NCBI GenBank assembly: GCA_951406725.2
Contig: OX597814.1
Location: 51,460,001-51,524,000, forward strand
Source of the DNA: Octopus vulgaris
Taxonomy: Eukaryota
Length of the DNA stretch: 64,000 nt
Reading direction: 5' to 3'
This document shows, piece after piece, positions 14,001 through 27,600 of the stretch. Made by a program: the position numbers and the translations under genes. The number at the start of each line of letters is the position of its first letter. Position 1 is the stretch's first letter. The notes beneath the pieces are model-generated. The model ran no database searches. It had not been told where the DNA came from and saw only the letters and a program-made list of their open reading frames with translations.

Positions 14001-14560
14001 AAAACCATCCGAACGTGGCCGTAGCCAGTACCGCATCGACTGGCCTCCGTGCTGTGGGCACGTAACAAGCACCATCCGATCGTGGCCGTTTGCCAGCCTC
14101 ATCTGGCACCTGTGTCGGTGGCACATAAAAACACCATCCGAGCGTGGCCGTCTGCCAGCCTCGTCTGGCACCTGTGTCGGTGGCACATAAAAAACACCAT
14201 CCGAGTGTGGCCGTCTGCCAGCCTCGTCTGGCACCTGTGTCGGTGGCACATAAAAAACACCATCCAAGCGTGGCCGTTTGCCAGCCTCGTCTGGCACCTG
14301 TGTCGGTGGCACATAAAATCACCCACTACACTCTCGGAGTGGTTGGCGTTAGGAAGGGCATCCAGCTGTAGAAACACTGCCAGATCTGACTGGACTGGTG
14401 CAGCTTTCGGGCTCCCCAGACCCCAGTTGAACCGTCCAACCCATGCTAGCATGGAAAGCGGACGTTAAATGATGATGATGATGATGATATATATATATAT
14501 ATATATATATAAATATATATATACACACACACACATATACACACACATATATATACACAC

Positions 14561-14591
<31 letters not shown>

Positions 14592-17500
14592 TATATACAC
14601 ACACACATATATATATGTATATATATACACATATATGTATACATATATGTATATATATCATCATCATCATCATCATCGTTTAGCATCCGTTTTCCATGCT
14701 AGCATGGGTTGGACGGTTCTACTGGGGTCTGTGAGGATATATATATATATATATGTTTGTCATTTTATTAAATATATATGTGGATGAGTGGTGAGTAACT
14801 TGCTTCCCCACCACATGGTCCTGGGTTCAGTCCCACTGCATGGTACCTTAGGCAAGTGTCTCCTACTATAGCTTTAAGCTGACCAAAGCCTTGTAAGTGG
14901 ATTTGGTAGATGGGAACTGAAAGAAGCCTGTGTGTGTGTGTCTTTGTCTCCCCCACTGCTTGACAACTGGTGTTGAAGTGTTTATGTCTCCATAACTTAG
15001 TGGTTCAGTGACAAAGATCAACGGAATAATTACCAGGCTTTAAAAAAATGTCTTAGAATTGATTTGTTTGATTAAATCCCTTCGAGCCAGAGCCCCAGCA
15101 TGGCCACAGTCAAATGATTGAAACAAGATAAGAGATAAATCTTCCATTGAATGAAGTGCTTGTCCACCACAGGTAACATGCAAAAATGATCTTAAGTTTG
15201 TTAATAAAATGTATACAGTGTGTTTGAACTCAATTTACATGAGTTAACAGCACCATAGATAGCTCCTTACATATATATTACATTCTTTACTAATGTTAGG
15301 AATAAAGTTTGAGAAAATGTCACAGCCTTACTTTTCCTCCTGCGGTTCTAACTTCATCAAAACACTCCATAGCAAGCATATGATCAATGCCAGGATCCAC
15401 TCCAACTTCATTGACGATGGTGACACCAGCATTTACGGCCCTAAAGTAGACAACAACAACAACAATATCAAATCAAAGATCAGATAAGTCTTCAAAGTTC
15501 TCAAATTGAAATATCAAAGTACTTTTTATTTTTGATCTTAGTAGCCACTGTTATTTTCTGATTTCCTTCTGAAAGTTTATTTCATCATTGTCTTCTGAGC
15601 AATAAGCACCACAATGAACACTGACATAGGTATTTAAACTAATGAATTTCTAATTCTTGTGTAGATACAGATATTTATTTCAAATTCTGGCACAAGGCCA
15701 GCAACTTCAGGGAGGGGATAAGTTGATTACATCGACCCAAGTGTTCAACTGGTACTTATTTTATCGACTCCAAGAGGATCAAAGGCAAAGTTGACCCCAA
15801 CAGAATTTGAACTCAGACCGTAAAGGCATTTTGCCCAGTGTGCTAACAATTCTGCCAGCTCATCATCTTGTTGTGTAGATATTATGAAACTATAATTAAT
15901 ATACAACAGTAAGTTAGTGTTTGCATATTTAATGTGCTGAATAAAAATAAGCAAATTAAAATATTTATGCAGTGAGGAAAAGACAATGTTAGTCAATGAC
16001 AATATTTTAATTATTCCAACAAGTATGAGAGACAATTCCTGGAATATTTTGGTCTTATAAGACATTCTCAGCAAGCAGTGACTTCATTGCACTTACTGAA
16101 GTAGTGATGAGAGAATCGCTAAGTAGGTACAATATCGTACATGAAAAGCTGCATAAAGTATATTTAAAGAATAAATTACAGGCAGAAATATTCTCCCAGT
16201 ATTTTTAATTGTCAGTATTTGGTTATATTTATAACAGAATTGTAATGTATCTCATGTTCAAAAAAAATGCTTAAAATGTAGAATACTACATGCAAGAAAC
16301 TTACTCAACTGTAACATACATGACTGTCTTAAAGTTAGTCAGCAGAGAAGTGGGAAAAAGTCAATCTATACTTTCTTTTAAAATATCAAAATTAGCTTAT
16401 AAACAATACTTAAATGCTAATAATATGCTAATAAATGGTAATAAGTCTCATCACAATGCAAATAAAGAATTTGTTGATGCTGATGATGATATTAACTCAT
16501 ATTAGACTGTAATATCAGTGGCAAATAAATAATTTTTAATCGAGCCATGAAGACACAAATTTTGAGAGAAGCAGGTTAGTTGATTACACTGACACCCTAT
16601 GCTGATTGGTACTCTTATTTTATGGAGCCAAAAGAATGAACACAGAATGTAAAGAGTCAGAATAAATACTGCAAAGCTCTTAAGATTCTACCACTATATC
16701 ATCCTGTTAGTGGCCAATGATAATAAAGAAAAATATGGTTTGCAGTGCAACATGTTAAATGAAGTTTAAATATAAAAGTTTATAATCTCTAAATTTGTCA
16801 TCAGGCTACAAAACTTAAATATGAAAATAACCTTTACTTTTCTTGAATACACTAAACTCAGATACAAAGTACTTGAGCCAATACACATGGAACTCTGATG
16901 ATATAGGTTGAACAGGAGCCATAAGGGATGCTGAAAGAGGTTCATTTTCTTTCTTGTTCTTATTTGTTACTTGCATCAAAGGAATAAAGGTAGAAATTAG
17001 ATTCTAATCAATCAAGGTAACTTTCAGGTGATTAAAGTCAGTCTGATGCTGTTTTTTTTATGAGAAGGACAAAATGGTGGGGACAAGGTCCAACATGAGA
17101 GAACTTTGTCTTTAGTAGCTGTAGTCTGTCACTAGTAACTCATCAAGGTTGAGCAGTTACTGAAGATCCAGTGGTTTTGATGTGATGGTAGATAGGATCA
17201 TCTTGGTAACACAGCTGAGTAATCTCTAAAAATTCAGCTAAAATATCATCATATAGAAAATGGATCAAAAGATGTTTGATAGTGAATCAGAGAAAATAAG
17301 GTTGATACACAACATACCACAAAGAAATAAAAAAAAAAAAAACTATTGTGCCAGCAAAACCTAACAGCAATTGTATTGTATTCTTCAAGAGAGTAAGTTG
17401 CTCACCTACCTAGTTAGTTAGATACTACATCCACATAATGATTAAGTGGTGTGTGTAAGAAATAGAATCCCACAGTGAAAAACAACCCCTGGTTACGATT

Positions 17501-20500
17501 TTTAAAAATAGCAAATACAGAATTTCCTAATGCATGTTAGAAGAGAAAAAACAAAAGTTAAAGCTGTTAAAAACAGTTTTCCAATGCAAGAAAGTATTAT
17601 GTCAACTAAAGTAGTGTGTATCTTCAACTTCTTGAAATTATAGTTATGTGCAAGTTACAATGTTATATTGCAGACTTCCAATCCATACCAGTATGGTAAA
17701 TAACAAAGCAAAAGAATGGCATAACATGCAATATCAAGAACGATGAAAATAATAATAGTCTCAATAATTAGATAGACATGCCGATCCAAACTGAGAAGGG
17801 GATCAAGGCAAGCTATCCTGATATAATTATCAAACACTGGAACAAAAATACCTGCACGCTGATAGACATCGCAATCCCTTCTGACCAAAACATTGTCCGA
17901 AAGGAAGTTAAGAAACAGTCAAAGTACAAGGATCTCAAAACTGAAATGAACAGCATGTGGGGCATAAAAATAAAAACAATACCAATAATAATTAGAGTAC
18001 TAGGTATGATATTAAAAAAAGAGAATAAAATGAACAAAAAAAATACCCAAGAAAGAAAGCCATATGAGGGTTCACAATGTTACAAAGTTTAAAAAAATAG
18101 CTCTGCTAGTTATAACCCACATTATACAGAAGACAGTTTCAGTTCCATAGCACGACTCAAGCAATACACACTCTGCATACAATATATGCCCTACACAATA
18201 ATCACTAAATAAAATAACAAAATTCACACAACACATACTATACACAATCAACACCGAATAAAGTAAAGCAACACACACTTCTATATGACCAAAATCTGAC
18301 ACCTTAACACACACTCTACTACTATTGATCCCATCAACTGCCAGAGGGACAAGCTAGAGGTAGTAGATAGATTCCATTATCTAGGTGACCAAGTTAGTAG
18401 TGGAGGTGGATGCTCCAAAAGTATAGCTGTGAGAATAAGATTAGGTTGGGCAAAGTTCAGAGAGCTCCTACCCCTGCAGACAACAAAGGGCCTCTTTCTA
18501 AGAGTGAAAGGTAGATTGTTTGATGCCTGTGAGTGAACAGCTATGCTACATGGCAGTGAAACATGGGCTGTGACAGCTGAGGACATGTGTAGGCTTGAAA
18601 GAAATGAAGCCAGTATGCATGTTCGACAGAGTGTAAGCATCTTGAGCGAAACGTTAGGCATCAGATAAGGTGTGCAAAAGAGACGACTATGCTGGTATAG
18701 TAATGTGATGCGCATGGACGAGGACAGCTGTGTAAAGAAGTGCCGATTTCTAACTGTGGAGGGAATCTGTGGTAGACCCAGGAAGACATAGAACGAGGTG
18801 ATGAAACATGATCTTCGAACTTTGAGCCTCACAGAGGCAATGACTAGTGACCGAGACCTTTGGTAATGTGCTGTGCATGAGAGGACCCAACAAACCAAGA
18901 GCACCCATGCTTGAGGCATGTAAAGAATACCTTTTCAAGCATTGGGCTTTCATGGAGGCAAAGTGGCTGAGTTCCTTTCAAGCATTGGGCCTCACAGAGG
19001 CAAGTGAATGATTTCCTTTGTGTCTGAGTCCCTTTTGAGAGCTGTACCTCACAGAAGCAATGACCAAGACCTTTGGCATTATGTTGTACTTCAGAAGAAG
19101 ACCCATCAAGCTGAGCAAAATCGCAATTGTGGCAGATACCAGTGTCACACAAACTGGCACCCATGCCAGTGGCACGTAAAAGCACCCTGGTGTCATGCAA
19201 ATGGCACATAAAAACACCCATTACACTCTTGGAGTAGTTGGCATTAGGAAGGGCTTCCAGCCAAAGAAAACCATGTCAAATCAGGCTGGAGTCTGGTGCA
19301 GCCTTCCAGCATGCCTGCCCGGTCAAACCATTCAACCCATGCCAGTAAGGACAACGGTCGTTAAATGATGATGATGTTAACAGAAGTCACAAAATACATA
19401 TGAAACATAATCACCATTCCAACAAAATAACCCAACTAACATTATACATACTCAACGTAACAAAAGAAACAAACCCAACAACAGAGCAAAAGTGATGTAG
19501 TATACTAACACAAGTCTAAATCCCAAAAAGTCAACATTGCATGCACCTTAGGAACAAAACAGTACACCTGGTGATGCAGCAGAAACTCACACAAAACTAT
19601 CGAGATAATAATAATAATTGTTTCTAATTTAGTCACAAGACAGCTATTTTGAGTAGAGGTGGTTAGTTGATTTTGACACTATTGTTTGACTGGTACTTTA
19701 TTTTATTAACCCCCAAAGGAATGAAAGGCAAAGTGGACTTCAGTGGGATTTGAACTCAGAATGTAAGGAAATAGAACGAAAACTATAAGGCTTTTTCTCT
19801 TATGCGCTAGCCATTCTGCCAATCCACTCCCTTTAATAGTAGTTTCTAAGATAGGCACAATGTCTGAAATTTGAGGAATTAGATTAGTTGGTTGGTATTT
19901 ATTTTATCAATCCTGGAAGGATGGAAGGAAAAGTCAACAGTGGTCAGATTTGAACCCAGCAACTCTGAATATGAACTGAGGGAACCATAACGATCTGTAC
20001 AAATCACGCCAGCAAGGAAAATGAATATAAAGAGTCAGAATGAAATGTTGTATGGTATTATTATGTTCAGTGCTCTAACGATTTAGCAACTTTATCATGA
20101 GGAAAAGAAAAAGTCACTCCTTTCAACAAATGAAACATCTATTGCTGTATGAAAGAAAAATGTAAAGAACACTAAGCCTTTATCTATTGAAACTTTAATA
20201 CCTCTGTTCAATTTTAAAATAGTTTGGAGAACACAAAGTATAGTAATACTAACTCTTGATGTAATTCTCTCATGGCCGGGCTCACATAGCTTGCAGTTAC
20301 CATATTCTTTTGATTGGCTATACACACTTTGGCAATTTCAGGGTGATATATAAAAGGCAACAAACTGAAATGATAAGAAAATAAGAAACATATAATTGTG
20401 TTTTAATGAGTACATGAATGTATTAATGAAATAATGAATGAGAGACTGTGTTTATCTATAGACATAATTGACAAGTGTATGTAAGTATGAGTGGAAGTCA

Positions 20501-23500
20501 CAGACTGAAAGTGAGAACATGTTTGTGTACATGATTCATCATCATCATCATCATTGTCGTCGTTTAATGTCTGCTTTCCATGCTGGCATGGGTTGGACGG
20601 TTTGACTGAGGACTGCTGAGCCAGAAGGCTGCACCAGGCTCAATCTGATCTGGCAAAGTTTCTACAGCTGGATGCCCTTCCTAACGCCAACCACTCCGAG
20701 AGTGTAGTGGGAGTTTTATGTGCCACCGACATGAGGGCCAGTCAGGTGGTTCTGGCAACAACCACGCTCAAAAGGTGTTTTTTACGTGCTACCTGCACGG
20801 GAGCCAGTCCAGCGGCACTGGCAACGACCACGCTCGAACGTTATTTTTCACGTACCGCCGGCGCATGTGCCGGTAAAGCGACACTGGCAACGATCACGCT
20901 CAAATGGTGCTTTTTACGTGCTACCAGCACGGGAGTCAATCTGTGGCCCTGGCAACGATCACACTTGGATGTGCTTTTAATGTTCCACTGGCACAAGTGC
21001 CAATCAAGCAGTACTGTCATTGGCCACGTCAGCGATTTTGATTTGATTTCACTTAGCATAATAAGAAAAATCATCTTTTCAACCACACAATTGAAAAATT
21101 ACCCTGTGATGTTTTTAGAACTATGTGAATTTAGTCACTGAGAATTAAGTATCTTGGCCAAAGATACATTGTCAGGGATAGGCGGTGAACTACTGACCTC
21201 TCAGCTGATAGCCTGCTAGCTTACCCAAGTGTTCTGTAATGCACAAAAAGGAAATGTGAAAATTTCAAAACCTCACATTTCTAATTTTCCAATCTATTCA
21301 ATATGGATATGAGAAGATACTTTTGAATACACTAATTAAATTGGCTGACTTATTTACAACATTAAAGCATACGTTGTGATCAATGAACACTTTAAATTGG
21401 ATAAGAAAGAAATACAGAATACAGAAAACTATGCAATAGCAGTGGTGTTACTAGTTTCTAGGAAATCAAATAATCATGTAGAGTCTCCTTTATTAGATTG
21501 TTGTAGTAATAGTAGAAACACTTGTAGTAGAGCAGGAATAGTGATAGTAAAGAAATGTCAGCAATCTTACCTGATAACTACATCATGTTCTTGGACAAGG
21601 TTTTCCAATTCTTCTCTGTTCCGATTTATGTCTAAAATAACACAGTCGATGTTAGGATTCAGTTCTGACACTATGTCCAAATCTTCCTTCAGTTGTGAAG
21701 CTGCAGAAAAAATATCAGAAATAAAATATTAAAATGGTATTTAGTTAGAATTATATTCATAGAGTGGAAAACTTATTTATTTTAAGTTTTTCTGGGTTAT
21801 TCTGGGGCAATGATGTTTTCTTATTTTATTTATTTTTTTTCATTAGTTAATCTGAGAAAGGAAACACCCAAAGTCTTTTCAGGCCCTAAATTAGTGAGGT
21901 CAGTGAAGTTGATGTTCAGCCTGAATTTCTGTAAAACAATATTGGTGGGGTTGTAAGTCTGGGAGGAAAAATAGTGAATGTTGAGAGTATGGTATAAGAG
22001 CAAATATTGTATTGAGAAAATGCACTCTTAATACAATGTATCAAACCTAAGTTAGAGCTCCCTACACCCGAAGTTCAGGATCAATAAAGTACAAAGAAAT
22101 AAGTCTCTCTCTACTCACCCTACCAGTCTAATTTCCCAGCAGTGGGAATTGAACTCAAAATACACAATATTTATCCATTATATACATCCTCTTACATTTT
22201 CAAATTTAAAAATTAGTGGCGTGCTTTATGCATGAAAACTAAATGCAACCTATTTTTTCATGGTCACAAGTGTATGGCTATATTAGGGTTGACAAAACCA
22301 GAATTATGTTCTGTCTATTGCCTATATTAAATGATAATGATAACACATTAACTGTTAATAAAATTTCATACAGTGGTGATCATGTCAATGCAGTTTTCTA
22401 TTTTATAAACACAGCAAAACAATCCAGAAGTAAAATATAAAATCCGAAATATGGACAGCAAAATGACAAAATGTAACAGAGTTTCTGTTTATATGCAGCT
22501 TTGTACTTTTGGTTGCATATAAATACCACTACATCAACAAGTGCTTCCTATAATTTTATTTGTGTTTCAATAACTCACAATGATAAGAAATAACAATCAG
22601 GTGTTCCAGCTATGATTATTGTATTAATGTATTTTTAACATATATATCCTTTAGCATAATGTTCACAAAACATATGATTGACTTTAGCATAATGTTCACA
22701 AAACATATGATTGACTGCCACAAGTTTTTATTTTCTCTCTGTTTATTTCCACGTGTTCTTTTCTGTTAAAGAGATTAGGGTCAAAACGTAAAAGAATTTC
22801 TCACCTTCCCAAGCACTGGCTTTAGCTAATATGATGTGTGGTAAAATGTTTCGGCAGATGTATTATAAACTAATACATTTGCCTGTTGTTTATACACCTG
22901 TCTTTGTCTTCTATAAATTTCAACTATTGCATGATCACAGCTAGAACACCTTTGTGTTATTTCACATTACAGCAGGTTATTAAAACAAGTGACATATGGA
23001 TAAATTGAATAGATACATGTTCTTGAGGCAGTATATATATATATATACACACACACAAACTGTGTAACTATGTGTGTAGCAGTGTATAAACTGAAACTAA
23101 GAAAAACTTAGAGTTTACTTCTGACTTGAGTTGACATGTTAGTCAAACAGGAAATAACTTTAATCAATGTCCAATTAAATATACCGAAATTTTGCTCATA
23201 ATTGCTGATATGACATAATCAGAAAATAAAACTGACATTGGTAGCAATCAAACAGATTTTTTTTGTTTTTGTTTGCATCCATATAGAAATTCATGCTACA
23301 AAGAGATACTATCAATGTATGGATGAATTGCCTTAAAATGTTTTTACTTACAGAAAATTTAAGGTTCGCTTTATTAAAATTCTAATGCTAGATGCTGAAT
23401 AGTTGATGTTCAAAACAATATTGTGCAATGCTGTACCAACTAAATAATATAAATAAGTATACATTTATTTAAGTACAATGTCATAAACAAAATCAAGTTT

Positions 23501-24637
23501 ATCTTCTAAAAAAAACAAAAAGAACTGCAGGATTCCCACAGTGTTGACTTAACACTTTACATACTATATACACTGGTAAAGTTGAAAAGTCACTTTTGAA
23601 TAAGCTTTTTGTTTGATTTGAGACATGTGAACATTTTCAAAGTATTTTGTACGTCTCCTAATATAATAATGAGCATAGTGCTTTTATATATTTGTATATA
23701 TATATATGTATTTGTCCAGATTCACACCAGACACAAAAGAGGAGAGAAAATAGTAATTCAGTGAAGGAGTAGTGGTGAGAGTAATAACCCTGACTGAAAG
23801 GGAGTGAGAGAAAGTAATAGCAATGAGTGAAAGAAAGAGGTGATAGATGAATAAAGAAAGGAGAGGTGAAAACAAAAACAGTATTTCAATTCTGTGTGAG
23901 TATGTGCGTGTGTACAAGAGAAGTATGTGAATGTTTGTATGTGTGGTTATTATGTACCCTATTTATATATAAAATACTACAATTAGCCGTCATTATTGAT
24001 GACACGTGGTCAGCTAGAAATTTATAATACATCTGCTGAAACATTTCACCACACATGATATTAGCTAAAGTCAGTGCATATAATTTATCTTTTATTTGTT
24101 TCAGTCTTTGGAGTACAGTCATGTTGAAGGGTTTACTCAAACAAAACAGGCCCAGTACTTATTTTTATACCTGGTATTTATTCTGTCAGTCTCTTTTGTC
24201 GAATCATTAAGTTATGGAGATATAAACAAACACTGGTTGTCAAGTGGTGAGGGTGGTTGGCACAAATACACACACACACACAATGGGCTTCCACATAGTT
24301 TCTGTCTACCAAATTTATTCACACGGCATTCGTCAGCCTAGGGCTGGAGACACTTGTCCAAGGAGCTGCACAATAGGACAGAACCTGAAACCATGTAGTT
24401 ACAAAATAAGCCTCTTAACCACACGGCCATGAGAAATATATTTCTGGGATTTCATTTCCTATAATTAGGGTTGCACATTATATACCAGGGCATATTATAT
24501 AAGAATACAGTGACTAAATACTATAGGTACTCAACCAGTCAGTCCCACTTCCCACAAAACATGCTGATATATGGAACTGCAAAAATGTAACAACAACTAC
24601 AGTGACATCTATTTTTGCGAAAAGAGTTCAGTTTTTA

Positions 24638-24673
<36 letters not shown>

Positions 24674-27600
24674 TGTGTACAGTGCTCAGGTGCACTACAA
24701 CTCATCTAAAGTGTATATATAATCAGGTGTAGTTTCGGCGGATTTCGGAAAGCATGAGGGCCTTAAAGGATGCAGTGTCATGGCAGTCAACAACTGACGC
24801 AGGCAGTTTATTCCATGCTTCAGCAACTCTGAGCGTGAAAAAATGTTTCCGAAAGTCATGGGAGCTGTGTTGTTTTCTGACTTTGTAGGCATGTCCACGT
24901 GTGTTAGACACATGGAGATCAAAAAGGTGTTCAGTGTTGTTGTTGGTGAGGTGGTTGATAACCTTGTGGGTGTTTACCAAGTCCGTCGCCAGACGCCGGA
25001 GCTTCAGTGAATCCATGCCCAGGGAAACAAGGCGCTCAGAATATGGTAGGTGTCTGATGGAGGGTATGCGTTTGGTTGCACGTCTCTGGACAGATTCCAG
25101 GAGGTCAATGTTCTGAGCAAGATAGGGATTCCAAACTGATGATGCGAATTCCAAGTGTGGTCGTACCATAGCTGTATACAGTTTTAAATAGGGCACCACT
25201 GATGTAATATACCTTAAATACTTGACTGATACATATTTTGATACTGCCAAGTGGCTATGTGGTAAGAAGTTTGCTTCTCAACCACATGGTTTCAAGTCCA
25301 GTTCAACTGTGTGACACTCTGGGCAAGTGTCTATTACTATAGGCCTGGACTGACCAAAGCCTTGAGAGTGGATTTAATAAATGGAATCTATAAGATGGTG
25401 AGCTGGCAGAAACGTTAGCACACCGGGCAAAATGCTTAGCGGTGTTTCATCTGCCGTTACATTCTGAGTTCAAATTCCACTGAGGTCGACTTTGCTTTTC
25501 ATCCTTTTGGGGTTGATAAATTAAGTACCAGTTACACACTGGGGTCGATGTAATTGACTTATTTCCTTTGTCTATCCTTGTTTGTCCCCCTCTATGTTTA
25601 GCCCCTTGTGGGCAATAAAGAAATAGGAATCTATAAGAAGACCAATGTATGTATGTATATGTATGTATGTGCCTGTTACTGTCTCCTTACTTTAAAATTG
25701 CATGGTAGTTGTAAATGAGTGTCACCATCATGCAAACAATGTCCTTCATTACCAAACATCTGTGAAAACATGTCTTGTCATTGAGAAATATTACCTTACT
25801 TGGAAAGAGGTGAGGGTTGGCAACGGGAAGGGCATCTGACCACAGAAAATACATCTCCACAAATTCTGACAAATGTGTGCCTGTGCTGGTGGCACGTAAA
25901 AAGCACCCACTACACTCGCAGAGTGGTTGGCGTTAGGAAGGGCATTCAGCTGTAGAAACACTGCCAGATCAGACCGGAGCCTGGTGCAGCCCCTGGCTTC
26001 CCAGACCCCGGTTGAACCGTCCAACCCGTGCTAGCGCGGAAAACGGATGTTAAACGATGATGATGATGTGTGCATGGAGAAGTGGGTGTTAAAACAATGA
26101 TGATGATGAATTTGAATAATGATAATATTTTAATAATGATATTTGAACTACTAATGAAATAGGGACATTCTTAGATTTGGAAACACAGTTTTATAGTAAA
26201 AATAAAAACTTCAATCTTTAAATAACGTAATTCATGCAAAGATATAAAACATTAATACCCTTGAAATGAAGAAGTTTAAAGCAAAAATGTTCTTACCTAC
26301 AGTCATGTGGCAAGTTTTGTCTCTTGTTAAATATTCAACAACTGGGGTTGATACATAACCTGCTCCTAAGAGCAAACACTTTTTAGTTATTGAAGAGCTC
26401 AGTAATTTTGCTTTTTTAGCAGATCTAGACAAAAAAAAAAAAGAAGGAAAATTATGATATATAATAAACATTTCAATAAAAGCTAACTAAAAACTTAGCG
26501 CAAATTGTAAGAAGAATTAAAGCATACAAAACTGAATTTTTAAATTTTAAAACAACTGAAGGGTAAGCTCAAAGTCAAGTCAGATCGGCAACTAGATTTT
26601 GATTGCCACTTTGGCCAATTATGGAATGTATCGGCAAATGCAGTTATGGCCCTTAAGTGAAGATACATGAGCTCTACCTGACTGAATTACTTGGTCACAA
26701 TGCATCAAAACAGCTATAAACATTAGTGTACTCCTTACTTCTAATAATATTATTTTATTATATTAACTAAAACAACACACATGACCAATACAGTAGAGTG
26801 TCAGACAATACATTCAAAGTTCTTATACCACCTTGATCAAGTCTTTTACAAGATCTGTAGATATTGGTTTTCTTGCACACACACATATACATGTATATAT
26901 GTGTGTGTATATATATATATATAATGCCAGTGCCACCTGACTGGCTCTTGTGCTGGTGGCACACAATAAGTGCCATTCATGCATGGGTCGATGCCAGTGC
27001 TGACTGGCTCCCCGCACCGGTGGTACGTAAAAACCACCATCTGAATGTGGTTGATGCCAGCATCCTTGCCCCAACTGGTTCCGGTGGTGGTAGCATGTAA
27101 AAAGCACCATCCGAACGTGGCTGATGCCAGTGCTGCCAGCTGGCTCCCATGCCTGTGGCATGTAAAAAGGACCCACTACACTCTCAGAGTGGTTGGCGTT
27201 AGGAAGGGCATACAGCTGTAGAAACATTGCCAGATCAGATTGGAGCCTGGTGTGGCCTCCTGGCTTGCCAATCCCCAGTCAAACTGTCCAACCCATGCCA
27301 GTATGGAAAACGGACATTAAACGATGATGATGATGATGTATATATATATATGTATGTGTGAAATGTAACATGTATGGAATGGCACAACAATGCAGAATGG
27401 ACTATAATAACTGTTATAAATAATTTAATTATTCATAGTCTAATATAATATTTTTGAATATAAAAATTCCTTCTTCAGATGTTGCTACGAATTTTTATAT
27501 TCCGAAATATTATGTATAAAGATATATATGTATACATACATATATGTCTATATGTATGGATATATATATATCCATGGTTATATATTAGTGTATATGTGTG

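Larger units (their letters stand above)
25251..26109 (+). mobile_element. SINE type A with RTE-like tail (ii), interrupted by two nested insertions; uninterrupted copies ~28220-28585 and ~50570-50965
   Basis: Head GTGGCTATGTGGTAAGAAG; resumes after each TSD-flanked insert; ends GTTAAAACAATGATGATGATG. Confidence 0.85.

Noticed and set aside
13705-14468. Overlapping 117-161 aa ORFs on both strands with repeated peptides
   Set aside because: They come from the GC-rich ~62-bp tandem units. Unit length alternates and shifts frame, and no protein family is recognisable.
14349-14702. [12 protein letters not shown] ORFs (also 27479-27811, 45553-45817, 57317-57625)
   Set aside because: Translations of microsatellites.
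20700-21000. CRISPR-like look of conserved cores separated by variable segments (also 14070-14320, 26924-27175, 30010-30330)
   Set aside because: The 'spacers' are homologous to each other, the arrays are continuous with an RTE 3' end, the context is a eukaryotic intron, and there are no cas genes.
22755-22800. TTAAAGAG-ATTAGG-GTC-AAAAC, resembling a decayed minimal hammerhead of a Penelope-type repeat
   Set aside because: The core CUGANGA and GAAA are both broken and stem II does not pair; it cannot be supported from this copy.
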